Positions 22,794 through 36,101 of a DNA stretch of 47,192 bases are shown piece by piece. The position numbers and the translations under genes were made by a program. The DNA is taken from positions 173,864,452 through 173,911,643 of the forward strand of contig NC_068982.1 of the NCBI RefSeq assembly GCF_001194135.2. Reading direction: 5' to 3'. The first letter of the stretch is position 1. Every line of letters starts with the position of its first letter. Under the pieces are notes generated by a model, which saw only the letters and a list, made by a program, of their open reading frames with translations, had not been told where the DNA came from and made no database searches. The DNA is from Octopus bimaculoides. Lineage: Eukaryota.

Positions 22794-22972
22794 AAGACAC
22801 TGAGCTGGCAGACTCGGCATTTCGTCCGTTTTGGCCTGCTGAGTTCAAATTCCACATAGATCGACTTTGCCTTTCATCCTTTCGATAGAATAAGTACCAG
22901 TTGAACACTGAGGGCGATGTAATCGACTTACACCTCCCCTGAAATTGCTGACCTTGTGCCAAAATTTTAATC
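22794..22972 (+). mobile_element. SINE family A with a deletion in the head and a long TSD
   Basis: Central block is intact. CGATATATTAAGTAT(C/T)AGTAA occurs at 22775-22795 and 22973-22993 (21 bp, 1 mismatch). Confidence 0.85.
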
Positions 22973-23311
22973 CGATATATTAAGTATTAGTAAAGGTCAT
23001 TGGATCGAAGAAATTATCTAGGGTCCAGTTTGATGTCCAGCAGTATGCTATAGATTTTTATGTTCTCTGTTTAAGTTCTTGATAACAACGAAGAATTAAC
23101 ATTCTTTTATTGGACAAAACCTATTTTACAAAATTTTGTCTGTGGTTCAGAAATGCAATTTAATGCGGAGACTGAAACAGGAACATGATCTTCGTAAATT
23201 TCAACTTTTAAACAGTAACTGTTACACATTTAAACAAATCTTTTGTTTATTATTGGCAACGGTGATGATGGCGGTGGTGATGTCTTTGTTGCTGGCTGTG
23301 GCAGCATATGT

Positions 23312-23688
23312 GGAGGCGCAATAGCCCAGTGGTTAGGGCACCAGACTCGCGGTCGTAGGATCGCGGTTTCGATTCCCAGACCGGGCATTGTGAGTGTTTA
23401 TTGAGTGAAAACACCTAAAACTCCACGAGCCTCCGGTGGTGGAGAACCCTGCTGTACTCTTTCACCACAACTTTCTCTCACTCTATCTTCCTGTTTCTGT
23501 TGCACCTGTATTTCAAAAGGCCAGCCTTGTCACACTCTGTGTCATGCTGAATCTCACCCGAGAACTACGTTAAAGGTACCCATATCTGTGGAGTGCTCAG
23601 CCACTCGGACTTTAATTTCACGAGCAGGTTGCTCCGTTGATCGGATCAACTGGAACCCTCGTCGTCGTAACCGACGGAGTGCCAACAA
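23312..23688 (+). mobile_element. tRNA-derived SINE, family C (about 375 bp)
   Basis: GGAGGCGCAATAGCCCAGTGGTTAGGGC A-box and GGTTTCGATTCCC B-box. Tail ...CGTAACCGACGGAGTGCCAACA. TSD GTGGCAGCAT at 23298-23307 and 23689-23698. Confidence 0.8.
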
Positions 23689-25014
23689 GTGGCAGCATTA
23701 GTCTGTTTGTAGCAGGTAGTCTTGGTAGTTGTTTTCTGCTGCGTATGTGTTTTAATATTTATTATAGTGATTTTATAGTGAAGATGAACAACTCTTATGA
23801 CTCATGGAATTTTTACGCGTTCGAGTGGCAAACATAATTATGGCCCCTGAGAAATTAACTACATATGTATTATCGAGTGTTTATGCCCGATATGCATGAT
23901 ATTTACAAAATATGTATCACGAGTGATAGAACTACGTGATTTGATCAGAAACATCGTTTGCTAACTGAACAGTTTTATAAAAATTTTCCTGAAAAATCTA
24001 GAACCCACTCTCGAAACGTGTAGAACTTTAGGCAATAATATGGTCTCCTCAGAAATACTATAAAACGCTTGCACTGCGTCTGAACTACGTGAACTAATAA
24101 TCCAATACCTTATTCCATTCGGGTCTTGCATTTTCCATCTTTTTTCATCAGCGATATATGGATGCTGGTACATATATAAGTGAGTGTGCATTTTGTGGAA
24201 CACTTTTTTTTTACCATATGCTTTACACTGCTTTATATGCGTTATTTCAGAATTATCAAAAACGTTGTCTCTCACTAGTAAACGCATCTGTTAAGCCTTG
24301 ATTTTCAGAGCATGATTACTATGGGAATGTGTTGTGTTCAGGAAGTTTATCACTTATCAAATTCGTATTAGAATACAATAGTATATATATATATATATGG
24401 ATATAGCTGCTGGATCTGGATCTGGAACGAACAAGATTGTGTAATCTGTAAAGCACCATCGAATACATTAAATTCAAATTTCTATTTGCACGCTTATACT
24501 TTTATGAAAGAATAAATGTTGAAATATAATGCCCGTTGTGATTCAATATCGCGATCTGTAATATCTAGAAAAGACTTAATAAAGATCAGGAATAAATAAA
24601 GAAATAAGCAGCATAGCGGCAATGAATGAAATACTTACTATAGGAAGCAGACCACAGAATCAAAGGAGGATTTTCTGCAAGGTCGGTCACTATATTAAGA
24701 ACAGCTGCCGAATCTCACCCAAAATTTTATTATTTTCCTTTCTTCACGATTATGTGGCAAACGATGCCTCATAATTTCTTTGACAAGCACTATGTGTTTG
24801 TCATGAATAGTTCTGTGGGAAAATACAAAGCTGGTTTCCTGTTGACTTCGGGTATTTCTTACATGAGACTATTTGTCAGTGAAACAGAGTAGTCCCACCA
24901 CCGATCTCATGACTAGACAACTAGACCATAAAGAAATGGAACAAATACCGCAGCGAATTATTTTTCAAGGTTCTTATAATTCCACCAATCCACAATCCTG
25001 GAATGATACTGTAT

Positions 25015-25227
25015 ATTGGTTTCAAACTTTGATACAAGGTCAGCAGCTTTAGGGGATGGATAAGATGATTACATCGACCCATTTTCAAGTGGTACTTATT
25101 TTATCGGCCTCGTGATGATGACAGGCAAAGTCGACTCCGGTTGAATTTGACCTCAAAACATAAAGACAGATGAATGCCGCCAAACATCTTATCCAGCGTG
25201 CTAACGATTCTGCTAACTCACCGCCTA
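25015..25227 (-). mobile_element. SINE family A
   Basis: Reverse complement of head, central block and CCTTGTATCAAAGTTTGAAAC-type tail. Confidence 0.8.
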
Positions 25228-25247
25228 ATGATACTCTATATATATCA

Positions 25248-25428
25248 TTGATTTTATATTTTGACATAAGGCCAGAAATTTTGAGGGAGGGGCTAAGTCG
25301 ATTAGATAAACCCCCAGTGCTCAACGACAAAATTGACCTCAGCGGAATTTGAACTCGGAACATAAAGACATGAAATCCCGCCAAGCATTTCAGCCGAAAT
25401 GCTAACAATTCTACCAGCTCATCGCCTT
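25248..25428 (-). mobile_element. SINE family A lacking most of the central block; tandem with the previous copy
   Basis: Head and tail are present. On the plus strand CCCAGTGCTCAAC joins directly to GACAAAATTGACC. Confidence 0.78.
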
Positions 25429-25748
25429 ATTTATAACTGTATATTATTGAAAAACAAAGTTTACCTCAACAGGTTTTGAACCCGAACGTTCGAAACCGGA
25501 GCAAATAGTGCAAAGAATATTTCTGATAATGATAATTGTAGCAGTTTTATAATTTTGCTAACAGTAACTTTCGATAAAATTTTTGAAGTCGCAATCAATA
25601 ACGTTATAATAAATATTGACTCCTTTATACAGTCAATATACGTTTTTTTTTTTTTTTTTACATATGGGAATATTCATTCAAACTACATTTATATACGTGT
25701 GTGTATGTGTGTGTGTGCGTGCGTGTGTGTGTGTGTGTGTGTGTGCGT

Positions 25749-25813
<65 letters not shown>

Positions 25814-26000
25814 GTTACACAAGCATATTTGATTATATGGAAAAACATTTCTGAAATGCATAAACTATCCGAATGAAATTAAGTTGTGGCATCAAGTTAC
25901 AAGCAAAGAATTGCAGATTATGCTGCACTGTATCACTCACTACAGCAGGAAATATATAAACGGATATTTGTGTATTTGTGCACGAGTTTCTCTATTTATA

Positions 26001-26037
<37 letters not shown>

Positions 26038-26289
26038 CTTGGGAAATGACATGCGTGATTCGATCTTTCTTTCGTAAGAAAATCTATTAGCTAAGTGGAA
26101 AAGAATTTTTAACTGGTAGTGAATTACTTGGTTGGCGATTCTCGACATATTTTACGTTAATGAAGGAGATGCTAGGTGATTATTAGACATGCTAGAAACC
26201 AATGTTAGTTTTCTTTCAGATCACATGCACCTATTTAAAATAAAATGACACAAATGATAATGCAGACCGAGATACACAATGCCTGATTA

Positions 26290-26510
26290 AAAGGCTGCAT
26301 AGCCATGTTGATCAAAATTCGTTGCACACAATTTATTCATGCTCTTTATGTTCTGAGTTCATATTCCGATGGAGTCAATTTTCTCTTTTTTATTTTTAGG
26401 GTTGGTAAAATAAGGTACCGTCAAGTACTGGATTTAATGGTATCGATTAACACATTTTCCTCAGAAGTTCTGGCCTTAGAAACCATTTTAGTTATTATTT
26501 CATGTATGTA
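26290..26510 (+). mobile_element. Degenerate SINE family A
   Basis: TTTATGTTCTGAGTTCATATTCC...GTTGGTAAAATAAGGTACC...TGGCCTTAGAAACC. Confidence 0.55.
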
Positions 26511-26598
26511 TCAATATCCCTACATTTTTTACTCAACCTTATGCTTTTTATTTTTCTTATTTATTTATTTATTGTTTTCATTTATTTTTTATTTCACA

Positions 26599-26655
26599 AA
26601 CGGCGGTGCATCAGCATGGCCGCAGCTCTGAGCTCAAACTATAGAAAAGAAAAAC
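26599..26655 (+). mobile_element. SINE tail fragment, family D type
   Basis: GGCGGTGCATCAGCATGGCCGCAG...AAAAGA resembles the tail at 40860-40925. Confidence 0.5.
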
Positions 26656-27765
26656 AAAAATCAACGAAGTAGTGGGACAAGTGGTTCATTGCTTGGATTG
26701 TTCCTCGTTTATGTCTAGCAATGGTGGAATATTTACCAACCCTTCTATTACTAGTTACGGTTAGATTCTTTAGAGACATGTACACGAAGGCTTTGTATTT
26801 TGAAAAAATTTTCTCGATTTCACTCTTTGTGTTTCTTCTCCATTTAATGTCTGTCTCTTATGAAACATATACTATTCTTCTTCTGTTCAAGTAACAGGTG
26901 ATTCTATTCCAACTTACATGTAAATTGTTTAATACTAATGGGCGAGTGACAATCAGTTATATACCAACATATATACATGTGAGACTGATTACATTTGTAG
27001 GTGCGTTTGTGAGTTTGAATGGGCATGTATGAATAAAACTATTCTTAGACTTTATATTCGGCAAAATCTTTTGTTTTCAGAGGGGAAGATATAATATTGA
27101 TACCTGTTTTATCGAAAGACAGATATGTTAAAGTTACAGTCGACTTGAACTCATAACGTAGATGGACGAAATGAAATAGCATAATATATTTAAATACCAA
27201 GCTTGTTTCCACTTGCCTAATAATGAAAATATATATTAAATATGAACACATCAGCGAAACGAAAAGAGAAAAAGTGACTAATTAAATCACTATTATGACA
27301 TAAGCTAACCGTGTAATGTGCGCCCTTAATAGGCATATCTACTTGACTGGTCGTTTCAGTAATTACTCTATGCGTGTTATGTCAGCTGTCCAAAGATTCC
27401 ACAAGCTCTTCATGTACATCTGCTCTACAGAGATAGACCCATCTGATCTGTAGCCAGACTTTGGCGGCATTTATATGTTTATCTTGTAAATTTTTTATTT
27501 CACGAAATTATTCATTTATTAGCGTCTTTTCTTTTTATCCCTCATTAAAAGCTGCTCCAATTTAAACAGATTACCTTCCAGAGTTGTGAAACTCCCAGGT
27601 GTTAAGTAAGGTGGGGTTGGTGCATAGATTGGCTGAGTCAGGTGTTAAGAGGGCATGTATTCTGTAAATAATAATATATTATTATAGACTTTTAGGCTTT
27701 TTAACGAACTATATGAAAGATTTTTGGCAAATGTATATGTATATGTGTATATAGAAATATATATA

Positions 27766-27819
27766 TTCTTTTACTTGTTTACTTGTTTCAATCATTTGAC
27801 TGCGACCATGCTGGAGCAC

Positions 27820-27820
<1 letters not shown>
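27766..27820 (-). mobile_element. SINE tail fragment, family D type
   Basis: Reverse complement GGTGCTCCAGCATGGTCGCAGTCAAATGATTGAAACAAGTAAACAAGTAAAAGAA matches the tail at 40860-40925. Confidence 0.7.
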
Positions 27821-27879
<59 letters not shown>

Positions 27880-27930
27880 NNNNNNNNNNNNNNNNNNNNN
27901 NNNNNNNNNNNNNNNNNNNNNNNNNNNNTA

Positions 27931-30092
27931 GGGATACAACTTTTTGCAACTCCATAGTCCTGTATCATATTCTCATGAGTTTTTGCTAGAAAACAATGAA
28001 AATCAATGTTTTTCTTTGTATTTGATCAAAAAAGTTCAACCATAACTCACTTTGAAATTTTTATACTCGGTTGCATTTCGGAAGATATCCAAAACTAGAA
28101 TCCTGGTTGAATAATAGCAAAAAAAAAAAAGAGAGGGAAAAGATCCAAAAGTTTAATTCATAATTGTTAAAAGAACTGTATTCTGCATTCCAGAACAATA
28201 AAAAGAAGGTAAATCATATAAAGTCAAATTAGTCAATAGTCAAGCTGCAGCAGGTTAGTAGAGAGAATGAAACGCAATGGCAAGAAGAGCTAAGATTGCT
28301 CGAGAATTCTATCTGGCCTTACTGATGTTCGGAATTTTCTGAAACTTGATGAAAGGTAGGTCTCCGTTTTCGTGGAAGAAACTGAAGGTACGGGTTAAGG
28401 GGAACAGAAACTTCATATCATCTCTCCAGCCAGTTTGATCTTCAATAACATGAGTTTCATTCTGGAAAGAAACTTGGTGTTCTTCCTAACTTGTCAAAAA
28501 AACCATTCGATGTCGGGTGAATTGCTTGCTCTTGCTAGCTCCTCATCCATAACAACACGCAAGATTTTGTTCAAGACATGGTGTTGAAAGCTCGCGAATT
28601 ATAGCTTATCATAGCCTTTGCTCAAGAATATTCTCTGCAGTCTAACCACTACCCCACTCTTTAATCTTGTATTCACACTCGTCGTATCATCAATAATCAT
28701 TGAGATTGCGGTCCATAAGTGAAATTCGTCCAAGATACTTTTCAATCCTTCTGTAATGGTCTCAGCCTTGTCATCACACAGCTTCAGAGCAGCCACAGAC
28801 AGCTTGATTTCACCTCTTTCATTCTTGATGACAACCGCTTGATATTCATTTCCTTCAATATGTTTACCATCGAAATGCAGGCTCCATTTCTGATTGCGTA
28901 GCGTATCGATCAAGTTTTTCTTCATTTCACCTGATTTTTTGAAGAGTGCCTTGTAAATGCCTTGCTGACTAGAATCTGAGATATCCTTGCCCACCTCTGA
29001 CAATTGTTTGCAGATTTTTGCAGCTTTGTTGGCAGATATGTTTGTTCTAGTAACAAGTCTCGTACCAGTTGCAGATTTGTTGTGCCCTCTTGTGGAGGAA
29101 TAAGGGCCATTACTATCTCTATGGTTTTGGTCAACTCTGTCATAATTGTACCCATTAATCTCTTCTTCTTCAGAGTTACTCTCAGTATCCAGGGCTATTC
29201 GGTTTGATAAAAAATGGGAGGCTTCGGCACCTGAGCATCTTCTTCTTATGGAAGGATGGATAGTGTGCTTGTTTGCAGCTTTGCCTGTCGAATAGCCCAC
29301 TTTGCCCTTGCTTTGGAGTTGGATGGAGTACAGCGTTTTGTCATCAACATTGAGCCATTCACTATGGACGTTGGTGATATCGAACAGTTCTTCTAAGGGC
29401 TCGAATTTTCCCTTCTTGGCGCATTTGTCATACAATTGAAGCACATTTGCGAACTTGGAAATGATTGGAAAATTGCTCGGAAATGATTGGAAAATTCAGT
29501 TTATCTCTTCACAGTAGTGTCACGTCTCTTGATAATTCCGCCACTCTCTCCTTTCTGCCTTCAATGGATTTCCCAAGAAACTGGTACCGACCAACAATCT
29601 GCTACTTGAGTGGCTTTCGGCTTCTGCTGACTGATGAGGCTTCTTCTACCGAGACATGACCTCTACATGAATGGAACTGGAACTGCACCAAATTTCTACT
29701 CCATTTCCCTTGTTCTTCTGAACAACTTCGAAGATTTTCTTGAATGACATACCCCTAGCAGCCATGCAGAACTCATATTCAAACCGAAACAACAAGGATA
29801 AAAGTGAAAGAACTTCATTATTTGCTTCACGACTAAGCATGATGACTCAGCAATACAATCTAATCACCAGTGAAGTTTTATAAATGCTAATAAATTATTG
29901 AAAGCCAAAAGTGCTATACAACCATGCCCATATTCAAACAAGTCTTGCATAAAAATGCAAACATGGATTCATGGATGAACTTTTTTAAAGACAGCTCAAA
30001 AGTGAGTTCACTTTAGTTACTTATGCATAAAAGCTCATCTAAATATGATACAGGAAATTATTTTTGAGGAAAATATTGAAAAGTTGTATCCC
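27931..30092 (-). mobile_element. Sola2-like DNA transposon, 2162 bp, both termini present, defective
   Basis: The termini are inverted: TA|GGGATACAACTTTT at 27929 and AAAAGTTGTATCCC|TA ending at 30094. Further inverted blocks (CCTGTATCATATT; AAAAAAGTTCA.CCAT) extend about 130 bp inward. A transposase relic lies inside. Confidence 0.78.
28270..29840 (-). pseudogene. DDD-type transposase pseudogene (Sola2-like); longest open piece 28599-29444 (281 aa)
   Basis: Motifs WSLHFDGK and IIDDTTSVNT...SGVVVRL. After the stop come FQHHVLNKILRVVMD, GWRDDMKFL and ISKAR*NSRAILALL. These parallel the H(W/F)DGK, DTT..NTG, C(R/Q)HH, RDD and ARW motifs I associate with Sola2. The C-terminus is missing. Confidence 0.75.
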
Positions 30093-30104
30093 TAATATAT
30101 ATGA

Positions 30105-30280
30105 ATGCATGCATGTATGTATGTATGTATGTATGTATGTATGTATGTATGTATGAATGTATGTATGTATGTATGCATGTATCTATGTATGTTTGTTTGT
30201 ATGTATGTTTGTATGTATGTATGTATGTATGTATGTATGTGAGTGTGTATGCATGTTTGTATGTATACATGTATGTATAC

Positions 30281-30310
<30 letters not shown>
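30105..30310. repeat. (ATGT)n/(TG)n microsatellite adjoining the transposon terminus
   Basis: Directly visible. Confidence 0.9.
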
Positions 30311-30312
<2 letters not shown>

Positions 30313-31627
30313 TATATATGCAATCTTTAATTCTTTTACGTTCTTCAGTCATTGGACAGCAGCCTTGTTGAGACACTATATTTAAAGAGCTTGTTTCATT
30401 GTGTATGTACATATATAGAATACGATAAAACCACAATACAATGAAAGTGTAAATATAGCAATTCAAAACAATGTTCAATTTGGAAAAAAAAAGCAATATT
30501 ATACTGTAAATTATTAATAGATTACATAGAAAAACATTTCTACTATAAAATATCATTACAAAATTATACATCCGTGATATTTTAGCAACAATTACAATTT
30601 AATACAACAGATATCTGAATTATAGAATAACAAAAGACATCCAATGTAAAATATAAAATGAATAACAAAAACAAACACCGAACTTGCGACGTTAATGAAA
30701 ATCAAGCAAACGACAGTGTGGTTAGAAGACTAACAGACATATCTGGTCTTTATTTTAATATTAACACAACAGTTACCGATAGTTAGTGATTGTTGCTACG
30801 GAAGAAATATGATGACGGACATTGATTTCTAAGATAGGATATTTATCTGCTTCTATATGCTAATTATTTCCCCAATAATAAAACAATCTGTTAAGATCTA
30901 AAATATATTTTTTTTTAAATGTTACTAATCTATTTATATTATATTATAGTTATTTTTCTCTTTCTGACATTTAACAATTATACCATATTAGGAAATTTAT
31001 AGCAAGTTTTGATCATCTTCAGTCTGTTAACCTACCTATGGTCAATGATAAGTTATTTTCCTCGCACATACAAACAAATACACACACAACCATATATGCA
31101 TAGTTTTTTTATGCATTTTTTTTTTCAGTAAGCATCTACATTTTAGTGTAAGACACAAAGTGGAATTTTAATTCCAGATAAAGGTCAATATTAGGTATTA
31201 TATTTATAAAAAGGAATTTTCCCATTCTCTGTATAGATAGAAAGTTCATATCTTTTTGAAGTTAAATGTTTTATAGTGTATTTTTATCTATCATCTGCAT
31301 GCACAAACAACAATATCTTTATAGTTCATCAGAACAAGTCAGAGATATGTAGAGAGCTTAACTCTATGTTTAAATTGCTAACGATACATATGAGCGTAGG
31401 TATACAACGAAACAGAGTAGAAATTATGAAGATTTTCGTCCCAAATTTTAACTGTAAACTGCTTTTAATGGTTTGTAGATGAAGGGTTTTGGCTAGGAAG
31501 GAGAATTGCATTACTGTTCTGCAGACATTACTTTCATTATCACAAAGTAATGAGTAAATTTCGCCATGAAAATCATATTCATATATACATGCACACACAC
31601 ATACACACAAACACACACACACATAAT

Positions 31628-31687
<60 letters not shown>

Positions 31688-33264
31688 NNNNNNNNNNNNN
31701 NNNNNNNNNNNNNNNNNNNNNNNNNNNNNNNNNNNNNNNNNNNNNNNNNNNNNNNNNNNNNNNNNNNNNNNNNNNNNNNNNNNNNNNNNNNNNNNNNNNN
31801 NNNNNNNNNNNNNNNNNNNNNNNNNNNNNNNNNNNNNNNNNNNNNNNNNNNNNNNNNNNNNNNNNNNNNNNNNNNNNNNNNNNNNNNNNNNNNNNNNNNN
31901 NNNNNNNNNNNNNNNNNNNNNNNNNNNNNNNNNNNNNNNNNNNNNNNNNNNNNNNNNNNNNNNNNNNNNNNNNNNNNNNNNNNNNNNNNNNNNNNNNNNN
32001 NNNNNNNNNNNNNNNNNNNNNNNNNNNNNNNNNNNNNNNNNNNNNNNNNNNNNNNNNNNNNNNNNNNNNNNNNNNNNNNNNNNNNNNNNNNNNNNNNNNN
32101 NNNNNNNNNNNNNNNNNNNNNNNNNNNNNNNNNNNNNNNNNNNNNNNNNNNNNNNNNNNNNNNNNNNNNNNNNNNNNNNNNNNNNNNNNNNNNNNNNNNN
32201 NNNNNNNNNNNNNNNNNNNNNNNNNNNNNNNNNNATATATATATATATAGATATATATATACAATGTCTACAAACATGTATATGTGTGTGTGGTGTCTGT
32301 GTGTGTGGAAGAACCGAAAAGATAGTGAGGTTAACTACTTCGTATCTATTTCTATTTCACAACGCAGCAAATTTGAGAGTAACGATGGCATATATTTCAT
32401 AGAGATTTGGGCTTCAAGTCTTAGTCTTTAATCCAGCGGAATTGCTAATTTTTTTTTTAGCTATTTATTTCTCTAAATAAAATGATTCTATATCTTGAAA
32501 ACAAAAATAATAGCATTTGTTTTTGAAACCATGATAGTATTACATGGCTGAAATTATTTCAAGTGTTTCCGAAGCCATGAATATGATCTTCATATTTTCT
32601 AAACAGTAAATTGTGATGATTCAAAACATGAAGCTAAATTTACAGAATAAATATAAAACAGAATATTTAAATAGATATAAATAGGGATACTTATGAAAAA
32701 CATCGCCATAGAAAAAAAGAGCAGTTACATTTCTTCTTTTACTTGAAATGACTTATGTCCGGTAGGTATGTTGCAATTATTTTATTAGAATTTTTACAAT
32801 TTCACGCTTACTAATCCTGGACGTAGGGGGTAGGTCACAGAGTGCATACACACACACAAATTCAAGCAGACACTTGGGAATATATGTGTTTGTGTAGATG
32901 TGTGTGTGTGTGTGTGTGTGTGTATGCTCGTGAATGTGTGTTTATAGGGTGTATGTGTGGAGATGTATGTTTGTGAGCGTATGTCCCTGTGTTTGCAAAT
33001 AGATAAGTTTCGATAAACAAACGAAGGAAGTAGACTTTATATGTAGTAGAGCCTTTTATTTATTCGGAGTTGATGATTCATTCCAACTTAACGCGATTAT
33101 TGCAAGGTCGCTATAAGCATAAGATTCTGCGTGCCATCGTAAAGTGTCATGAATGTATACATACATGCATACATTACACACACGCGCGCACACATGCACA
33201 CTCATAAGAGTGTATATACATATATGTATGTATGTATGTATATATATTTATATATGACTTTTTT

Positions 33265-33327
<63 letters not shown>

Positions 33328-33853
33328 CATGCAGACAGGCAGGCACAGAAAGAGAGAGAAAATTTACGTTAAGTAAAGCTTATATCACTTATTCCTACGT
33401 CCCTTTCGCCGTTGTGGTTATCAGAAACCCTGCATTGGATGTTACACGTGCAATTCGATGCTTAGTCACAATGAATCATCAGAACACTTAATTGAATTAT
33501 GCTACAGAATTTAGTAAATATACTATCATTTTTCAAATTTTTACCCTTGAAATATATTTATCGTCCAAGACTTAATTTAGCAGGAAATTTCATTTTTTTG
33601 CAAATGGAAACTCGTCGTTTCCAGATAAAATAGCAACATTTGTAATAAATAAAACTTTCATCAAAAGACTAATCGGAGTTATAATTTTTGCTTTGATGAA
33701 TTCTGATGCAATTTCTGGAATACCTATTCGAATGGTATTATATATTTCATTTGGTTCATTAGATGCACATAGTACACTTACTACAGCAAATAATTTTAAT
33801 TTTTAATCTTTGGGAGCACAAGCCTGATGTATATATATATATATATCAAATAA

Positions 33854-33891
33854 GTAACAAGGATGTCAAGGTACATCCTGAAACGGCCGTA
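33854..33891 (+). ncRNA. Degenerate minimal hammerhead-ribozyme-like motif (PLE type)
   Basis: AGGATGT-caaggt-ACATCCT is a perfect 7-bp stem II, followed by GAAA-C-GGCC-G-T-A (2-bp helix III, palindromic tetraloop, GUA site). The CUGANGA half-core is decayed to GTAACAA. Confidence 0.4.
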
Positions 33892-34149
33892 TTGCATTAA
33901 TACATTGACATTCTTAATACTTATTCGATTTTTATTCACCTTACTTCGAGCTGTGCGGATAATACGCCATCTTTATTATAAAACTGAAAGTATGCAATCA
34001 TATTACTCCTCAGTAACGTGACATTATTCGGGGATTATATTCCCCAGCTTGTTCTTTCACTGCTCCGTGGAATTTTCAACACGAAATTAAAAGCTATATT
34101 GAGTTTTTCTTTCCAAATTTTTCTGGATTTGATTTCAGCCCTGTGTTTC

Positions 34150-35720
34150 CTGTCGCTTAAGGATTTTTGACATTTCAGCCTGTCAATAATGGCAAATTAT
34201 TAAAATTGGGACTCTCCGATGCAACATTGAATTGCAGTCAATATTTTATCCAAAATATTCACCCAAAATTATAACTTTCTACCTAAAATGTGGGTATTCA
34301 AACTGTGGATTTACTGCTTTCACAATATTTCTCAATGTTCTACTGATCTAACAGATGCACATACCTTTGCATAGAAATAACCACCGTATTTGAGACCGAA
34401 AAGCGGAAAATATATTACTATTGGCCGGTAATTTGTATCTAAGTTTGACTTTTAAAACTTAGAGCCGTCTATAATAGTTGTCATTCTGGACTGTCATTTC
34501 CAAAAAGACTTTATATTGTTTCTGATATTCACCATTAACCAAGCATGGTGCATTGAAGTTATCTCTGTCATTTGGCTGCATATATATTTCTTTTATAAGC
34601 TTGAAATAGTCTCGGCTGTGATTCTGGATTCGGTAGTTGCCCATAATATTCTTAGCGAGTGGTTTATATTTTTTAATATGTTTTAAAAATGGGGTTAAAC
34701 ACTAAAGAGAACAAACTTCTTAAATACCTTTAAACTCATGTAGAAGAATTTATTTATTGAATATCATCTGGTCTATCAATCGCTATTAAATTTGGATATC
34801 TGTAATTTATTTCCAAACTTGTCTTCAAAAGAAAAACTGTCAACTTTTTCTTTAGCTTCCTCACAGTTGCCATGAAGTCTTTATACCAAATCTAATCAAT
34901 CAGAGACATCCTATAAAGATGGGATATGGCTAGTCTTTTGCAATATTTACCTTTTGTAGTCCCTGTAATCATAAATGGTTTGAATCATTTCAGTTCAAAA
35001 TTGTTGTTCTTGAATATTCACTAACAATTTAGCTTCTTCAAATTTGAATACATATTGGAGCAGCATTCATAGGCCAAATGACCAATATAATAGAGAAAAC
35101 AGTAAAATTTATCTTGTACTGTACGTCTATATTCGTAGCATTCCGTGTGTAGACTTTTCTTAGGTTTCTTTTTCCTGCCACATCTTATACTAAACTGATT
35201 CTCTATCAGACATCATATAAAAAATATCAGTGAAACCTACAATCTTGAAGAATAGATTGGATTGCCGGAAGTGAAACCGCTCCTACAAAATCCCACTTAT
35301 ACAGCTTTATATGTCTTCTCGATTTAAGGTTCTCCAAGTTATTATCTGGTTTCCTAAGTTATTATGTGGCATAAATACCGCAAATTCTTCTGCTGCAGAC
35401 CAATGCAATCCTAGGCTTCAAATATAGAAATGTATTGATTTTCAGGAATCGCCACTGACAATTCTTGTTTATTAACAGTATCCAAGTATACTTTCTTATT
35501 TTCCCTTCTTTGAAGCATGCCCATTATTTGCTGAGTAGCTTGCAGTTCCCTTGCAATAGGTTTTTATTTTTTTTTTTGCCTTCTGTCTGTTTTTGCCTTT
35601 CTGTAGCTTGAATGGAATTTCATAAACCTTTCCAATATCTACAATTGTTATTTCCTCAGTCTTGTAATCTTAATCTTTGATATGGAGATAATAAGTTACA
35701 ACATTTGGCATCAACACTTT
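34150..35720 (-). pseudogene. Second highly degenerate Penelope-like ORF relic
   Basis: Minus-strand pieces in PLE order: KPIARELQ, WDFVGAV (FDIV.FYP-like), IFYMMSDRESV*YKMWQEK, VFNP, IQNHSR, and RDNFNAPCLVNGEYQKQYKV (CNC...CPLNG.C-like; ORF 34459-34644). Confidence 0.42.
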
Positions 35721-36012
35721 TTATCACTATTACTATGACAATAATTGTTTTATAAACACCAATACACACACACACACACATATATGTACGTACGTATGTA
35801 TATACATATGTATACAATTATGTATGTATATATATATGCATATACGTATATACATATATTATGATGTATATGTATAAACATATTTGTAGCTATGTATTTA
35901 TGTGTGTATGTATGGTTTTACCTTTTCTATCGGTTGTGAAACAGTGGTAGGACACAAATACGAACACAGACGCCCGTGCGTGTATATATGTATAAATGTA
36001 TGTGCGTGCGTG

Positions 36013-36101
<89 letters not shown>

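Noticed and set aside
23312-23385. Possible genuine tRNA gene
   Set aside because: The A and B boxes continue into a 300-bp SINE body bounded by TSDs, so it is a SINE head, not a tRNA.
23961-24287. 108-aa minus-strand ORF in complex sequence
   Set aside because: No recognisable motif, and this length is expected by chance.
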